A stretch of DNA of 64,000 nt from a virus (lineage: Duplodnaviria > Caudoviricetes), in IMG/VR virus record IMGVR_UViG_3300020045_002727, positions 1 to 64,000 of that record; one strand, written 5' to 3'. The notes beneath the pieces were generated by a model that saw only the letters and a list, made by a program, of their open reading frames with translations, ran no database searches and was not told the DNA's origin. Positions 9,170-20,375 of the stretch are shown piece after piece. The stretch's first letter is position 1; every line of letters begins with the position of its first letter. The position numbers and the translations under genes are program-made.

Positions 9170-9901
9170 ATGAGTAGAAGTAAGCCGACCTCTGGGGGGT
9201 CAAACAGTCCAGTAAAGTATCGTTTTTCGTTCAGTGGTAAAACTGGTGAAGTGAAGTATTACGATAAAGACACTAAAGAAGATGTCTTTTTATCAGATTT
9301 AGAATTTGTAATTCTTGACAGACGTAGTTCTATCACTGGGTTCTCAGATTCAGAGAATACATCAATCTATTCTAACTTAGTTAGAAACTTGAAGACTGAT
9401 GAACTTACAGTAAGAGCTGGTAAGAAAACCTTTGCACAAGGTACTTATGATGTCATCAAACCAAAAATGAGTGACTTCGATGGTAAATTCACAACAAACA
9501 TTTTATTACTTGCTAAAATCGAGAATAAATGGGAGATGGGTAATTTACAATTGACTGGTTCATCATTAAGTGCTTGGATGAATTTCGAGCAAGGTAAAAA
9601 TGAAGATGGGTCATCTGTAGATGGTGGTAAACCAGATTTAGATGGTAGCATCATCACTGTTACAAAAGGTGCTAACAAGAAAAAAGGTGCAGTTAAATAC
9701 GTAATTCCAGCTTTCTCAGTAGAGCCAATTACAAAAGAACTTGATGCATTAGCAATGGAACAGGACGTTATCCTACAAGATTATTTTGATGGTGTAGAGA
9801 ACGCTGAACCAAAAGAACCGACAGCCGCTGCTCCAGCTAAAAAAGCTGGTAAGAAAGCTGAACCAGAAGAAGAGGAAGAAGGAGACGACCTCCCATTCTA
9901 A
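9170..9901 (+). CDS. putative single-stranded DNA-binding protein
   Basis: Beta-rich core, flexible linker, acidic tail ending EEEEEGDDLPF; upstream of primase-helicase. Confidence 0.7.
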   Translation: MSRSKPTSGGSNSPVKYRFSFSGKTGEVKYYDKDTKEDVFLSDLEFVILDRRSSITGFSDSENTSIYSNLVRNLKTDELTVRAGKKTFAQGTYDVIKPKMSDFDGKFTTNILLLAKIENKWEMGNLQLTGSSLSAWMNFEQGKNEDGSSVDGGKPDLDGSIITVTKGANKKKGAVKYVIPAFSVEPITKELDALAMEQDVILQDYFDGVENAEPKEPTAAAPAKKAGKKAEPEEEEEGDDLPF

Positions 9902-9916
9902 TTAAACTAAAATCAG

Positions 9917-10669
9917 ATGGTTAAAGTAAATTTAGTTTTCAAGAATGCTTCTCTACAGAAGTTAAGTAAAGAGGCTAAACTTTTATACATCTATCTAATT
10001 ACAAACCCCGAAATAGACATATTAGGGGTTTGTTCTTTAAATGTAGAGGTTTCTGCATTATTACTAGACATCACCATTCAAGAATTAAGAGCTGCTACAA
10101 CAGAGCTTATCAAAAATAAATTAATCATGGTTTTCAGTGATGGAACTGCGTTAGTTTATTTTCTTGTGTTAGGACATTATGACACTCAACCGAAAGGAAC
10201 TCAAACATTAAAGAAAGCTACAGATACAATTAAGATTTTACCAGAAGTTGTAAGGGATTACATCGAGGATAATTTTGATTTAGAAGCTAAGAGTACAGTG
10301 TTTGTTGAACCAACGGTTCAAGAGATTGAAGATTTTGCTACATCGGTTGGATTTTCTGTAGATGGTCAAACTATCTTAGATTATTACAGGGGTCGAGCAG
10401 AATTTTACCGTAAGAAAGTAGGCTGGTGGGATGGTAAAGGTAAACAAGTAATAGACTGGAAAAGAAAAGTTAGGAACGTCTGGTGTAAAGATTCAAATAA
10501 ATTGAAAGAGAACCCAGATGCACCCGAAGGATTGAAGTACTTCCATGTGATGATTGCTGGGAAGCAAGTTTATCCAGATTATTGGAAGGAAGGTAAGCCT
10601 TATTCAAGGAGTGGTATCATAGAAACAACAGAACTACAAGAAGCGTATGAAAGAAAAAAAATTAGTTAA
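9917..10669 (+). CDS. putative replication initiator/helicase loader
   Basis: N-terminal wHTH-like region (AKLLYIYLIT); PTVQEIEDF...GW...DWKRKVRNVW region typical of phage replication proteins. Confidence 0.6.
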   Translation: MVKVNLVFKNASLQKLSKEAKLLYIYLITNPEIDILGVCSLNVEVSALLLDITIQELRAATTELIKNKLIMVFSDGTALVYFLVLGHYDTQPKGTQTLKKATDTIKILPEVVRDYIEDNFDLEAKSTVFVEPTVQEIEDFATSVGFSVDGQTILDYYRGRAEFYRKKVGWWDGKGKQVIDWKRKVRNVWCKDSNKLKENPDAPEGLKYFHVMIAGKQVYPDYWKEGKPYSRSGIIETTELQEAYERKKIS

Positions 10670-12560
10670 TGATTACGTATCATTCGGTCTAAATCCAATA
10701 CCGTTAGATGGTAAGATTCCATTAATAAAAGGATGGGAGAAAGAGAGGACTAAAGATGAACTAACTAAGAACTCATACAGGGATATTGGAGTTTGTACTG
10801 GAATTGTTTCGGAGGGTTTAGAAGCTATCGATTTCGATTTGAAATACGCTGATGAACCACAGAAGTTATTAAACGAGTGGAAGAAGAAAGTAGGTAGTGA
10901 AATACTGAAAAAGTTAGTGGTACAGAAGACCGTGAATAACGGTTACCACTTCATCTACAGATGTCAGCAGATTGAAGGGAATAAAATTTTAGCCAAGAAT
11001 TTAAAAGACGAGGTTTTAATTGAAACTAGGGGTGAGGGAGGATTTATTAAAGTTTTCCCATCAGAAGGTTATGAGATGGTTCAAGGGTCATTTGATTCTA
11101 TACCAATTATAACACCATCGGAAAGGAATAAAATGTTTGTTTCGGCTTACATGTTAGACCAGAAGATGAAAGCATCTGCTAAGATTAAACGAACCTCTGA
11201 AAAGTTTGGTAAATTCCCTAAATATGACTCTGACCCAGAAATAGGTTTAGCATTACTGGAGAAACATGGTTGGAAAATCATGAAAGAGACAGCAGACTGG
11301 ATTGAACTACAGAGACCTGATAAAGATGATGGTCTATCTGGTGGTTATAATTTAGAAGGGAATTTCTTATTCGTGCATTCAACATCAACATGCTTTAGAC
11401 AACAACATCCTTATAACAATTATGCAATATTTGCAGAGCTTGAATGCGCTGGAGACTATTCAGAAGCATATAAGAAATTAAATGAGATGGGTTTTGGTGA
11501 TGGTAAATACGCATCAAAATCAGGTAGGTCAGCAAAGTCAATTCAAATTGCTGCTAAAGCACAAGAGGAGTTAGAGAATAGTATTGAGGATTTGACATTC
11601 GTATCAACTCGTGAGGAAGAGGTTGAATTTTTAAGGCGTTCTGTTGAAAACAAAATTCCTGTAGGTTTAACAACTGGTTGGAAAGATTTAGATGAATATT
11701 TTAGGTTTAAACAAAACTCATTTAACATGGGTATTGGTTATGATGGTGTAGGTAAATCTGTATTAATGTTATCATTGGCTGCGGCTTCAAACTTACTACA
11801 TGACTGGAAGTGGGGGATGGTTTTACCAGAGAACAGAACAGCCATGAGTAGGAGGAGATTAATTGAGTGTATGTCTGGGAAGACTATAGACCAATTTCAA
11901 AATGCACCAAAAGAATATAACAAGTATTTAGATAAAGCTATGAATGATTTTCATATTGTAGCTAATCGTCACCATTATAGTTTGAAAGATGCCATTGAAA
12001 TGGGTAAGAAGTTGTATGAACACTACGGTATTAATGCATTACTAATCGACCCATGGAACTTCTTTAAATCTGGTGGTAAAGACACCTACAGCTGGAATAA
12101 TGAAATCTTATCAGAGTTAAGGGTCTTCGCTGAACAGTATTGTTCTGTCTATGTGATGGCACACCCGTCATCCGAGAGTCCTAGAAAGAATGTTGATGAA
12201 AGTGGCTACTTGAAAGCACCAAGGTCTTATGACATTCAAGGGGGTGCGGATTTCCCGTATCGAGTTGATGATTTCTTCGTGTTTCACCGTATTCTTAATC
12301 ATCCTAGTAAGGAAGTACAAAGAACTATGCAGTTTATTGTACACAAGGTTAAGGAGGTAGAGACAGGTGGTAAGAGACACACACTTGGTGAATATACTGC
12401 ATTACGCTGGATGGAGAAAGATGGATTCCTAGGATATTGGGATGAACACAATAACAATCCAATGTATAGTAGTTTAAATAAAGGTTTAAAAAGTAACGGT
12501 TTGGTGACTGATGCAACTGATTATGAGTTCATTAAGAAAAATCCATCCTCAATATTTTAA
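10647..12560 (+). CDS. bifunctional primase-polymerase fused to DnaB-like helicase
   Basis: GLNPIPL, AIDFD, NNGYHFIY, IETRGEGGFI (Prim-Pol); GLTTGW, GYDGVGKS Walker A, LLIDPWN, VMAHP (SF4 helicase). Confidence 0.85.
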   Translation: MKEKKLVNDYVSFGLNPIPLDGKIPLIKGWEKERTKDELTKNSYRDIGVCTGIVSEGLEAIDFDLKYADEPQKLLNEWKKKVGSEILKKLVVQKTVNNGYHFIYRCQQIEGNKILAKNLKDEVLIETRGEGGFIKVFPSEGYEMVQGSFDSIPIITPSERNKMFVSAYMLDQKMKASAKIKRTSEKFGKFPKYDSDPEIGLALLEKHGWKIMKETADWIELQRPDKDDGLSGGYNLEGNFLFVHSTSTCFRQQHPYNNYAIFAELECAGDYSEAYKKLNEMGFGDGKYASKSGRSAKSIQIAAKAQEELENSIEDLTFVSTREEEVEFLRRSVENKIPVGLTTGWKDLDEYFRFKQNSFNMGIGYDGVGKSVLMLSLAAASNLLHDWKWGMVLPENRTAMSRRRLIECMSGKTIDQFQNAPKEYNKYLDKAMNDFHIVANRHHYSLKDAIEMGKKLYEHYGINALLIDPWNFFKSGGKDTYSWNNEILSELRVFAEQYCSVYVMAHPSSESPRKNVDESGYLKAPRSYDIQGGADFPYRVDDFFVFHRILNHPSKEVQRTMQFIVHKVKEVETGGKRHTLGEYTALRWMEKDGFLGYWDEHNNNPMYSSLNKGLKSNGLVTDATDYEFIKKNPSSIF

Positions 12561-12561
12561 T

Positions 12562-12933
12562 ATGAAAAGACAAGACATAAAAGTTCTAGGGATTGATTTC
12601 GATGGAACTATCGTTGAAGAGAATTACCCTAAAATAGGTGAGCTTCGAGAGGATGCCAAATACTACATCAACGAGTTGTATGATGAAGGATTCAAGATTA
12701 TAATCAACACATGCCGTTCTGGACAATTTGCAGCTGATGCTAGAGACTTTCTCATTAAGAATGGTATAAAGTATCACGCATTCAATGAAAACCTCCCAGA
12801 ACTCGTTAAAATGTATAATGCAGATTGCAGGAAAATATCTGCTGATTTGTACATTGATGACAGGAATTTAGGTGGGTTGCCAGATACTTGGGAAGAAATT
12901 TATAATTTAATAATTAAAAAGTTTGATAAATGA
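12562..12933 (+). CDS. HAD-family hydrolase (start revised)
   Basis: IDFDGTIV, INTCR, KISADLYIDDR motifs. Confidence 0.82.
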   Translation: MKRQDIKVLGIDFDGTIVEENYPKIGELREDAKYYINELYDEGFKIIINTCRSGQFAADARDFLIKNGIKYHAFNENLPELVKMYNADCRKISADLYIDDRNLGGLPDTWEEIYNLIIKKFDK

Positions 12934-13553
12934 AATTAAGGGAAAATATATTTGTTAAGAGTAAACCAGAAGTTACTCAAAGATTGAAAGAAATTTTTAG
13001 TAGTTCTGAATATGGAACTGGAGGTTTTAATTTTAACGACTACGAGGACACAATGGCGTACGGAATATATAATGGGATGGTTCATGCTTGTTGGGATGGA
13101 CACACTTTTAAAGATATAGTTCTAACAGACAATCCAGAAGATTTGATTGAGAAAGACCAGCCTGAAATAATAGGACATGATTCACCAGCTCCAGCTATGC
13201 GCCAGTTTGAATCAGGTGCTACTCGCAATCTTGATGAAAATAAGCTAGACTTTGAAGGATTTTTATCACCATTAGTGTTGGAAAGATTTGCAGAGTACAT
13301 GCACACTCACAGATTACAAGCTGACGGTAAGTTACGTGATAGTGACAACTGGCAGCGTGGAATCCCCGTTGATGCTTACATGAAGTCGATGTGGAGACAC
13401 TTTTTTGACGTTTGGAAAGGTCATAGGGGACTTGAAACACCAGAGGATAAAATTACAAATCTTTGTGCATTGATGTTCAATGTTCAAGGGATGTTGCATG
13501 AATTAATTAAAGTAGATGAAAAAAGAAAACTGGAAGAAAACAATTCACAGTGA
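12930..13553 (+). CDS. dATP/dGTP diphosphohydrolase-like (DUF5664) protein with N-terminal extension
   Basis: FESGATR...K.DF...SP..L...A.YM...NWQRG...SMWRH pattern. Confidence 0.75.
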   Translation: MKLRENIFVKSKPEVTQRLKEIFSSSEYGTGGFNFNDYEDTMAYGIYNGMVHACWDGHTFKDIVLTDNPEDLIEKDQPEIIGHDSPAPAMRQFESGATRNLDENKLDFEGFLSPLVLERFAEYMHTHRLQADGKLRDSDNWQRGIPVDAYMKSMWRHFFDVWKGHRGLETPEDKITNLCALMFNVQGMLHELIKVDEKRKLEENNSQ

Positions 13554-14010
13554 TGATTATGAAGTAAGTGATTTAGGTAGAGTTAGAAGTTTTAGAGTTG
13601 ATAAAATTAACGGTAGGATATTAAGAACAAGAATAAATGAAAATGGTTATGTATTAGTCGAATTATACATAACAGGTCATAAGAGGATAACTAAGAAAGT
13701 TCATCAACTTGTAGCAGAATCATTTCTTAATCATATAGTTGGTAAAAGTAATGTAGTCAATCATAAAGATTTTAACAGGCAAAATAACAGATTAATCAAT
13801 TTAGAATTAACAACTCAAAGAGAAAATACTAATCGAAAACATCTTAAAAGTTCATCTCAATATGTTGGAGTTACTTGGGACAAAGGTGGTAAAAAATGGA
13901 GAGCTGCTATAAGAATAAACAATAAAACACTACATTTAGGAAGTTTTATAAATGAATTAGATGCAAGTGTAGCATATCAAAATAAATTAACAGAATTAAA
14001 TAAAAAATAA
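13516..14010 (+). CDS. NUMOD4-HNH-AP2 homing endonuclease
   Basis: YEVSDLGRVRS (NUMOD4), VHQLVA..F, VNHKDFNRQNN..NLE (HNH), GVTW...KWRAAI...HLGSF (AP2). Confidence 0.88.
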   Translation: MKKENWKKTIHSDDYEVSDLGRVRSFRVDKINGRILRTRINENGYVLVELYITGHKRITKKVHQLVAESFLNHIVGKSNVVNHKDFNRQNNRLINLELTTQRENTNRKHLKSSSQYVGVTWDKGGKKWRAAIRINNKTLHLGSFINELDASVAYQNKLTELNKK

Positions 14011-15572
14011 TGGAACAACCAAAAGAAATCGCATTCGGAGACGATGCAAGAAAAGGATTAAAGAATGGTGTTGACTTATTAGCCAACGCTGTAAAAGTAA
14101 CACTTGGAAGTAAGGGACGTTTCGTAGTATTCAATGGTAAAGATGATAAGGCACATGCAACCAAGGATGGTGTAACAATTGCAAAACAAGTTACATCACT
14201 AGACCCTATTGAAACATTAGGGATAAAAATGATTCGTGAAGCAGCCGAGGAAGCCGCCAGAGAATCTGAGGATGGTACGACTACAGCAACGGTTTTAACA
14301 CAAGCTATTGTAGCTGAGGGTTATAAATTGATTACAGCTGGTGCTAATCCAATTGATGTTAAACGTGGTATTGATAAAGCAGTCATAGAGGTTGTTAGGT
14401 TTTTAAAGTCAATGTCGAAAGAAATTGATTTGAATGATTCAGATGTTCTAAAAATTGCAACATTATCAGCCAACGGTGAGAAAGAAATCGGTCAATTAGT
14501 TTACGATGCATTCTTGAAAGTTGGTGAGAAAGGAATTGTTACAGCTGAATATTCAGAGGATGCAAGTACTTATATTGATGTTGTAGAAGGTATTAAAATT
14601 GAAAGGGGTTTTGCTAATCCTTATTTCATCACCAATCCAGCAACAAAAGAAGCAATTTTAGAAGAGCCTAGAATTTTACTTTATGATGATAAAATTACAT
14701 CATTTAAGGAATTAATCCCTATTTTAGGTCAAGTTGGTGAGGCTGGTTTATCTGTATTGGTTATGGCTAATGATTTTGACCCAGAAGTTGTAGCTACAGT
14801 TGCAACAAATAAATTACAAGGTCGTCTTAAAATCTCAATGATTAAAACACCGAACTTTGGTGAGTTGAATAGGGAGATTCTTGATGATGTGGCTAAAGCT
14901 ACAGGTAGTAAGGTCATATCTAAAAAAGGTGGTGATTCATTAGAAACCATGACACTAGAGGATTTAGGTGAAGCCACTAAGGTGATTTCAAACTACACTG
15001 AAACAGTAATCATCGGTGGTAAAAATGACCCAGCTGAACTAAAAGAATACATTGACTTCTTGAACGCTATTGAAGGAGACCCTTATTCTAAGGAGAGAGT
15101 TGCACGATTGATGGGTGGAATTGCTGTAATTTACGTTGGTGCTATGACCGATGTGGAGATGAAAGAGAAGAAAGACCGTGTTGATGATGCTATTGGAGCA
15201 ATTAAATCAGCTGTATCAGAAGGAATTTTAGTTGGTGGTGGTTCTACGTTAGTTAGGGCAGCTCAGGCTATTACAGTGCCTAATATAGCTAATTATGATG
15301 AAGAGCTTGGTGTAGGTCTTGTTAAGAGAGCTATTCAAGTTCCATTGAAGACTATTGTTAGCAATGCTGGACAATCTGGTGAAGTTGCTTTGTATTTAGT
15401 TACTGGTAATCCACTTTACAGTATGGGTTACGATGTTCGTACAGGTGGACTTGTTGATATGTTTGATACAGGTGTATTAGACCCTACAAAAGTTACTAGA
15501 ATTGCATTGGAGACAGCGGCTTCGGTAGCTGGTGTTATATTGACAACAGATTGTGTATTAGGTAATTATTAA
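14010..15572 (+). CDS. groEL: chaperonin GroEL/Cpn60
   Basis: LANAVKVTLG, TKDGVTIAK, DGTTTATVL, GIKIERGF, EKKDRVDDA, GVLDPTKVTR; no GGM tail. Confidence 0.96.
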   Translation: MEQPKEIAFGDDARKGLKNGVDLLANAVKVTLGSKGRFVVFNGKDDKAHATKDGVTIAKQVTSLDPIETLGIKMIREAAEEAARESEDGTTTATVLTQAIVAEGYKLITAGANPIDVKRGIDKAVIEVVRFLKSMSKEIDLNDSDVLKIATLSANGEKEIGQLVYDAFLKVGEKGIVTAEYSEDASTYIDVVEGIKIERGFANPYFITNPATKEAILEEPRILLYDDKITSFKELIPILGQVGEAGLSVLVMANDFDPEVVATVATNKLQGRLKISMIKTPNFGELNREILDDVAKATGSKVISKKGGDSLETMTLEDLGEATKVISNYTETVIIGGKNDPAELKEYIDFLNAIEGDPYSKERVARLMGGIAVIYVGAMTDVEMKEKKDRVDDAIGAIKSAVSEGILVGGGSTLVRAAQAITVPNIANYDEELGVGLVKRAIQVPLKTIVSNAGQSGEVALYLVTGNPLYSMGYDVRTGGLVDMFDTGVLDPTKVTRIALETAASVAGVILTTDCVLGNY

Positions 15573-15574
15573 AA

Positions 15575-17647
15575 ATGGAGTCAAAGTTAATAGAAGACAA
15601 AGGAGTTTGGTTTTACGATATTGAAACCTTAAAAAATTGTTTCACTTATACAGGTATTAACAGGGATACAAAAGAAGTGGTTACATTCGTGGTTTGTAAC
15701 AACGTTAACCAATTGGAAGAGTTTTACGAGCATCTAAGTAAATGTAAAGGTCAGATTGGATTTAACAACCTTAACTTTGACTACCCTGTTATCCACAGTA
15801 TAATTGAAGAGAGACGAGATTTGATTAAACAGACAACAGATGAAGTTACAGCTTTCATTTATGATTTAGCTCAGGAAACAATTAAAACAGCGTTCCCAGC
15901 AATTCATGATAACGATGTGATAATTCCTCAGTTGGATTTATTTAAAATCTGGCATTTTGATAACAAGGCAAGGATGACAAGTTTGAAGAAACTTGAAATA
16001 GCTATGAACTTTCCAAACGTTCAGGATATGCCTTATAAACATTATGAAGAGATTAAATCTGTTGACCAGATAAAAGAAATCCTCGATTATAACATTAATG
16101 ATGTTGAGGCTACAGCAGTTTTCTATGAAAAAACTATTGAGAAATTAGACTTACGTAGAGGTTTACTTGAAAAGTATGGACTGAAATGTATGAATTATTC
16201 TGATAGTAAGATTGGTGAACAGCTGATGTTGAAGTTATACTGTAAACACACTAATAGTTCTGAACGTATTGTAAAAAATATGAGGACTAAGAGGAATAGC
16301 TTTAAATTTGCAGAATGTATCCCAGATTATGTCAAGTTTGAGACACCAGAATTTAATGGTTTACTTGACTACTTGAAAGGGATTAATGTAAGTACTTTAA
16401 AGGAATCTTTCAAATATAGTTTTGAGTATCGAGGATTCACTTTTGATTTAGGTACTGGTGGAATCCACGGATGTATCAAAGAGGGCGTTTATAATGCTAC
16501 AGAGGACGAATGTATTACTGATGCTGACGTTTCCTCTTTATATCCAAGTTTAGCTGTTACGTTGAATTTATACCCAGAACATTTAGGGGATTCATTCGCA
16601 TCAATTTATGAAAACGGTATTGTTAAACCAAGGTTAGAAGCCAAAAAGAATGGTGATAAAGTTATGGCAGATGGATTCAAATTATCTGCCAATAGTGTTT
16701 ACGGTAAATCGAATAGTGAGTACAGTTTCTTGTACGACCCATTATATACGATTAAGACTACACTTTCAGGGCAACTTGTATTGTGTATGTTATCTGAAAT
16801 GTTGATGACAAGAGTTCCAAATCTAAAAATGCTACAGATTAATACAGACGGTTTAACCGTTCAAATGCCTGTAGAACATAAAAGATTATACTGGGAAATT
16901 TGTAAAGAGTGGGAGGCAATTACACGATTAGGATTAGAATATGTAGCGTATGATAAAATGATTATACGAGATGTTAACAATTACATCGCTGTAGATAAGA
17001 AAGGGAAAGTCAAATACAAAGGGACATTCAAACCCAATGCTGAAATGATTAAAGATGGTGAATACCAGAAATCATTCTCACAAGGGATTGTAGCCATAGC
17101 AATATCTGATTTCTTCCTGAAAAAAATCCCAGTTGAAGAGACAATTAAGAAACACACTAATATTTATGACTTCTGTAAAACATTCAATGCATCCCATGGA
17201 TGGATTTGTGAGACAGTTGATTACAAAAATAATGGTGATGAGTTTAACAGGCAAGAAGAACAAAAAACAAACAGGTATTACATCTCTACAGATGGTAAGA
17301 CTTTCATTAAAACGAAAGATGAAAAGAAGATAGAGATTGAATCTGGAAAACTGGTAACACTACTCAATAAATATGAAGAAATGGATATTCGTAAACGTAG
17401 AATCGATTATGATTATTACATTAATGAATGTTACAAGATTATTCATAGAATTGATGGAACAACAGAAAGGATTGAACATTTAGCTAAACTTCAAAGAGAA
17501 GAGGCTAAACGAGACAAAGAGAGGGAGGATTACTTCGCTTATTGTTTAAACAAAGTCCCTACTGAAAAACAGTTTGAGAAATACGGTAAAGAATGGCTTG
17601 TTGAAGAATATGGTAAACCACCAATAATTAAACCTAGTAGAAAATGA
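15575..17647 (+). CDS. family B DNA polymerase
   Basis: YDIET exonuclease I, DVSSLYPS, KLSANSVYGK, INTDG. Confidence 0.92.
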   Translation: MESKLIEDKGVWFYDIETLKNCFTYTGINRDTKEVVTFVVCNNVNQLEEFYEHLSKCKGQIGFNNLNFDYPVIHSIIEERRDLIKQTTDEVTAFIYDLAQETIKTAFPAIHDNDVIIPQLDLFKIWHFDNKARMTSLKKLEIAMNFPNVQDMPYKHYEEIKSVDQIKEILDYNINDVEATAVFYEKTIEKLDLRRGLLEKYGLKCMNYSDSKIGEQLMLKLYCKHTNSSERIVKNMRTKRNSFKFAECIPDYVKFETPEFNGLLDYLKGINVSTLKESFKYSFEYRGFTFDLGTGGIHGCIKEGVYNATEDECITDADVSSLYPSLAVTLNLYPEHLGDSFASIYENGIVKPRLEAKKNGDKVMADGFKLSANSVYGKSNSEYSFLYDPLYTIKTTLSGQLVLCMLSEMLMTRVPNLKMLQINTDGLTVQMPVEHKRLYWEICKEWEAITRLGLEYVAYDKMIIRDVNNYIAVDKKGKVKYKGTFKPNAEMIKDGEYQKSFSQGIVAIAISDFFLKKIPVEETIKKHTNIYDFCKTFNASHGWICETVDYKNNGDEFNRQEEQKTNRYYISTDGKTFIKTKDEKKIEIESGKLVTLLNKYEEMDIRKRRIDYDYYINECYKIIHRIDGTTERIEHLAKLQREEAKRDKEREDYFAYCLNKVPTEKQFEKYGKEWLVEEYGKPPIIKPSRK

Positions 17648-18765
17648 TATTAGATAAGAAAGAAGGCGAGTTAAGATTTAATTGTGATAGAGATGGACTA
17701 TATGTCCAAAATCCAATTGCATCTCATTTTGTATTGGTTGAAAAGTATGGTTATGAATCATGCTATGTATCAGATTCTAGGGTTAGGGTTTCTAAGGAAA
17801 GGCTTAAAACTGATTTTGAAGCAGTTAGTAATTATCAATCCATAGATTACACCAAAAAAGACGGGTTCAAAGGTAATTATTTTTTACACAAACACAGGAT
17901 GTTTGATTTTTATGTGAGGATTCTAATGGATTCTCATTATGAAGAGGAGTATATAAATGAAGACTTGGAGACTGTAGGTGAATCATTTAGTAAAGTAGAG
18001 AGAATTTACTATAAATCTGGAGGTGATGATTTAGAACAAGTCGTGAATTGTATCAATGAATTATTTGATTTCAATTACGATTCAAGCTCAAAGGTCAACA
18101 TAGTTTTGAAAACAACTACTGGATTTCAGTTTAAAGAAGTACCGATAAAACCTATGCCTATTGACGTTGATACGATGTACAATGATGATTTCAAGGAGAC
18201 GTATGAACATTTGGTTAGACATCTTGAATCAAGTAATAAAGGTTTAGCATTATTATATGGTGCGGCTGGTACAGGTAAGACTAATCTAATCAGGCATTTA
18301 ACTACAGTTGTTCCAGATAAGAGATTTGTTTTTATTCCTGTAACAATGGTTTCTTCACTTACAGACCCGATGTTCCTATCAACATTGATAGACAACCAAG
18401 GTTCGATATTAGTTCTTGAAGATTGTGAAAATTACATAAAGGACAGGAAAGCTGGTGATATTAATAGTGTTGTATCAAGCATTTTAAATATGACTGATGG
18501 GATATTATCAGATGTTTTAGGTCTTAAAGTGATTTGCACATTCAATAGTAAAATTGAAGACATTGATAAAGCATTACTCAGAAGAGGAAGATTAATTTGT
18601 GAATATGAATTTAAACCATTAACTGATGATAAGGCATCTAAATTGATAACATCCCTAGGGGTTGAATCAAAGGATTCACCTAGAACATTAGCTGATATTT
18701 TTAATCAAGCTCCTCCAAGTAGTAGTGCTAAAACAACTAAAAAAATAGGTTTTGGCAGTAATTAG
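17644..18765 (+). CDS. AAA+ ATPase
   Basis: GAAGTGKT Walker A, LVLEDCE Walker B, ALLRRGRL arginine finger. Confidence 0.9.
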   Translation: MILDKKEGELRFNCDRDGLYVQNPIASHFVLVEKYGYESCYVSDSRVRVSKERLKTDFEAVSNYQSIDYTKKDGFKGNYFLHKHRMFDFYVRILMDSHYEEEYINEDLETVGESFSKVERIYYKSGGDDLEQVVNCINELFDFNYDSSSKVNIVLKTTTGFQFKEVPIKPMPIDVDTMYNDDFKETYEHLVRHLESSNKGLALLYGAAGTGKTNLIRHLTTVVPDKRFVFIPVTMVSSLTDPMFLSTLIDNQGSILVLEDCENYIKDRKAGDINSVVSSILNMTDGILSDVLGLKVICTFNSKIEDIDKALLRRGRLICEYEFKPLTDDKASKLITSLGVESKDSPRTLADIFNQAPPSSSAKTTKKIGFGSN

Positions 18766-19216
18766 AAAAAAGAAAGTGGGGAGAATGTTAGTCAACGCAA
18801 CCAAGACAACGGTTGATGGCATTAATTTTGCTTCCACACTTGAAAGTACGATGTATAAATTATTGAAGGAAAGTGGTATAGAAGCCGCCTATGAAGGCGA
18901 GACATTTGTATTGTTTGAATCAATGATTTATCCAGAAGAGAGTTGGGAACGTACAAGAAAAACTGACTCTCAAATGTCGGATAAAAGGAAACTCCTACCT
19001 ATCCGATACACACCAGATTTCGTAGGTGATGGATTTATAATTGAAGTTAAAGGTAGACCCAATGAAAGTTTCCCTTTACGATGGAAGTTGTTTAAGAAGC
19101 ACCTGAATAGTATGGAGAACCCTCCAATATTATTCATGCCTAAATCGAAATCAGATTGTGAACAGGTTATAACAATCTTAAAATCAAAAGGATATGGACT
19201 CGTTAAGAGCAAGTAA
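18752..19216 (+). CDS. PD-(D/E)XK endonuclease (T7 endonuclease I/resolvase-like)
   Basis: FASTLE and YTPDF...IIEVKG. Confidence 0.8.
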   Translation: MAVIRKKKVGRMLVNATKTTVDGINFASTLESTMYKLLKESGIEAAYEGETFVLFESMIYPEESWERTRKTDSQMSDKRKLLPIRYTPDFVGDGFIIEVKGRPNESFPLRWKLFKKHLNSMENPPILFMPKSKSDCEQVITILKSKGYGLVKSK

Positions 19217-19359
19217 TGTATCAAAAATAGTTGATGAATACTACAATGATTTAGCTAATATTTATGAGTCGATAGTTGATGAAGATGGTAATGAGATTAA
19301 ACTCATAGACCAATTAATAACAAAGCTCAAAGTCTTGAAGTCTAATTTAAACGTTAAGG

Positions 19360-20373
19360 ATGAAATTTAAAAATCTTACGAAAGAGCAATTAGAAACCGT
19401 AAAAGAATACAAGAAAAGTAATCCTAATGATTCAATCAGTCCTTTCATTGCAGGTTATTTAGGTACAAGTTTTCGTACAGCCGAAAGAATTGCTAGGAAA
19501 ATGGGGTTAACACGAAAGTATGATAACTCCAAAAGAGCTGTAAACATTACGGTTGTAGAACCAACAGTTATTAGGGGTGAAACAAAATCACCAGCTAAAG
19601 TGTTACTTTATGACATTGAAACATCACCTTTAAAAAGTTATGTTTGGGGATTATGGGAACAAAACATTGGTCATAACATGTCAATGCTGCAAAATGATTG
19701 GTTTATTTTAACATGGTCTGCTAAATGGCTCTTTGAGAAAGAGACTTTCAGTGATAGGTTAACACCAGCAGAAGTATTCGCAGAGGATGATAAACGTATT
19801 GTTCAATCCCTATGGCAGATGATTGAAGAAGCAGATGTAGTAATAGCACATAATGGTAAAAAGTTTGATAACAAAAGGATTAACACTCGATTTCTTAAAC
19901 ATGGTATTAAGCAGCCTATGCCTTATCAGACCATTGACACTCTACTTACAGCAAGAGCTAACTTTAACATATCTTCTAATAAACTTGACTACATTGGTCA
20001 ATTCTTAGGGGTTGGTAGAAAAGTTGAGACACAAGGTTTTGAATTGTGGAAGCGTTGTATGGAAGGTGATGAACAAGCGTTGAAAGACATGGAGACGTAT
20101 AACATTGGTGATGTCACTTTACTGGAAGATGTTTACTTGAAATTACGACCATATGTAAAACCACATCCAAACATGGGATTATTTATATCCGAAGATGTTG
20201 AATGTTGTCCATCATGCGGTAGTGAAGACCTTGAACGTGGTGGGAGTTACGCTACAACAGTTAGTGTGTATGAAGCCATGAGATGTAATAATTGTGGTTC
20301 AGTTGGTAGAAGTAGAAAATCTTCAATACCAACAGGTAGTAAAAAGAAATTAACAGTACCAGCTGGTAGGTAA
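19360..20373 (+). CDS. RNase H-like/DnaQ-like 3'-5' exonuclease with N-terminal HTH and C-terminal zinc ribbon
   Basis: YDIETSP, AHNGKKFD, YNIGDV; CPSCGS...RCNNCG. Confidence 0.82.
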   Translation: MKFKNLTKEQLETVKEYKKSNPNDSISPFIAGYLGTSFRTAERIARKMGLTRKYDNSKRAVNITVVEPTVIRGETKSPAKVLLYDIETSPLKSYVWGLWEQNIGHNMSMLQNDWFILTWSAKWLFEKETFSDRLTPAEVFAEDDKRIVQSLWQMIEEADVVIAHNGKKFDNKRINTRFLKHGIKQPMPYQTIDTLLTARANFNISSNKLDYIGQFLGVGRKVETQGFELWKRCMEGDEQALKDMETYNIGDVTLLEDVYLKLRPYVKPHPNMGLFISEDVECCPSCGSEDLERGGSYATTVSVYEAMRCNNCGSVGRSRKSSIPTGSKKKLTVPAGR

Positions 20374-20375
20374 TT

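Noticed and set aside
12930-13553. 2-aminoadenine (Z) genome
   Set aside because: DUF5664 alone is insufficient; no PurZ homologue in the window
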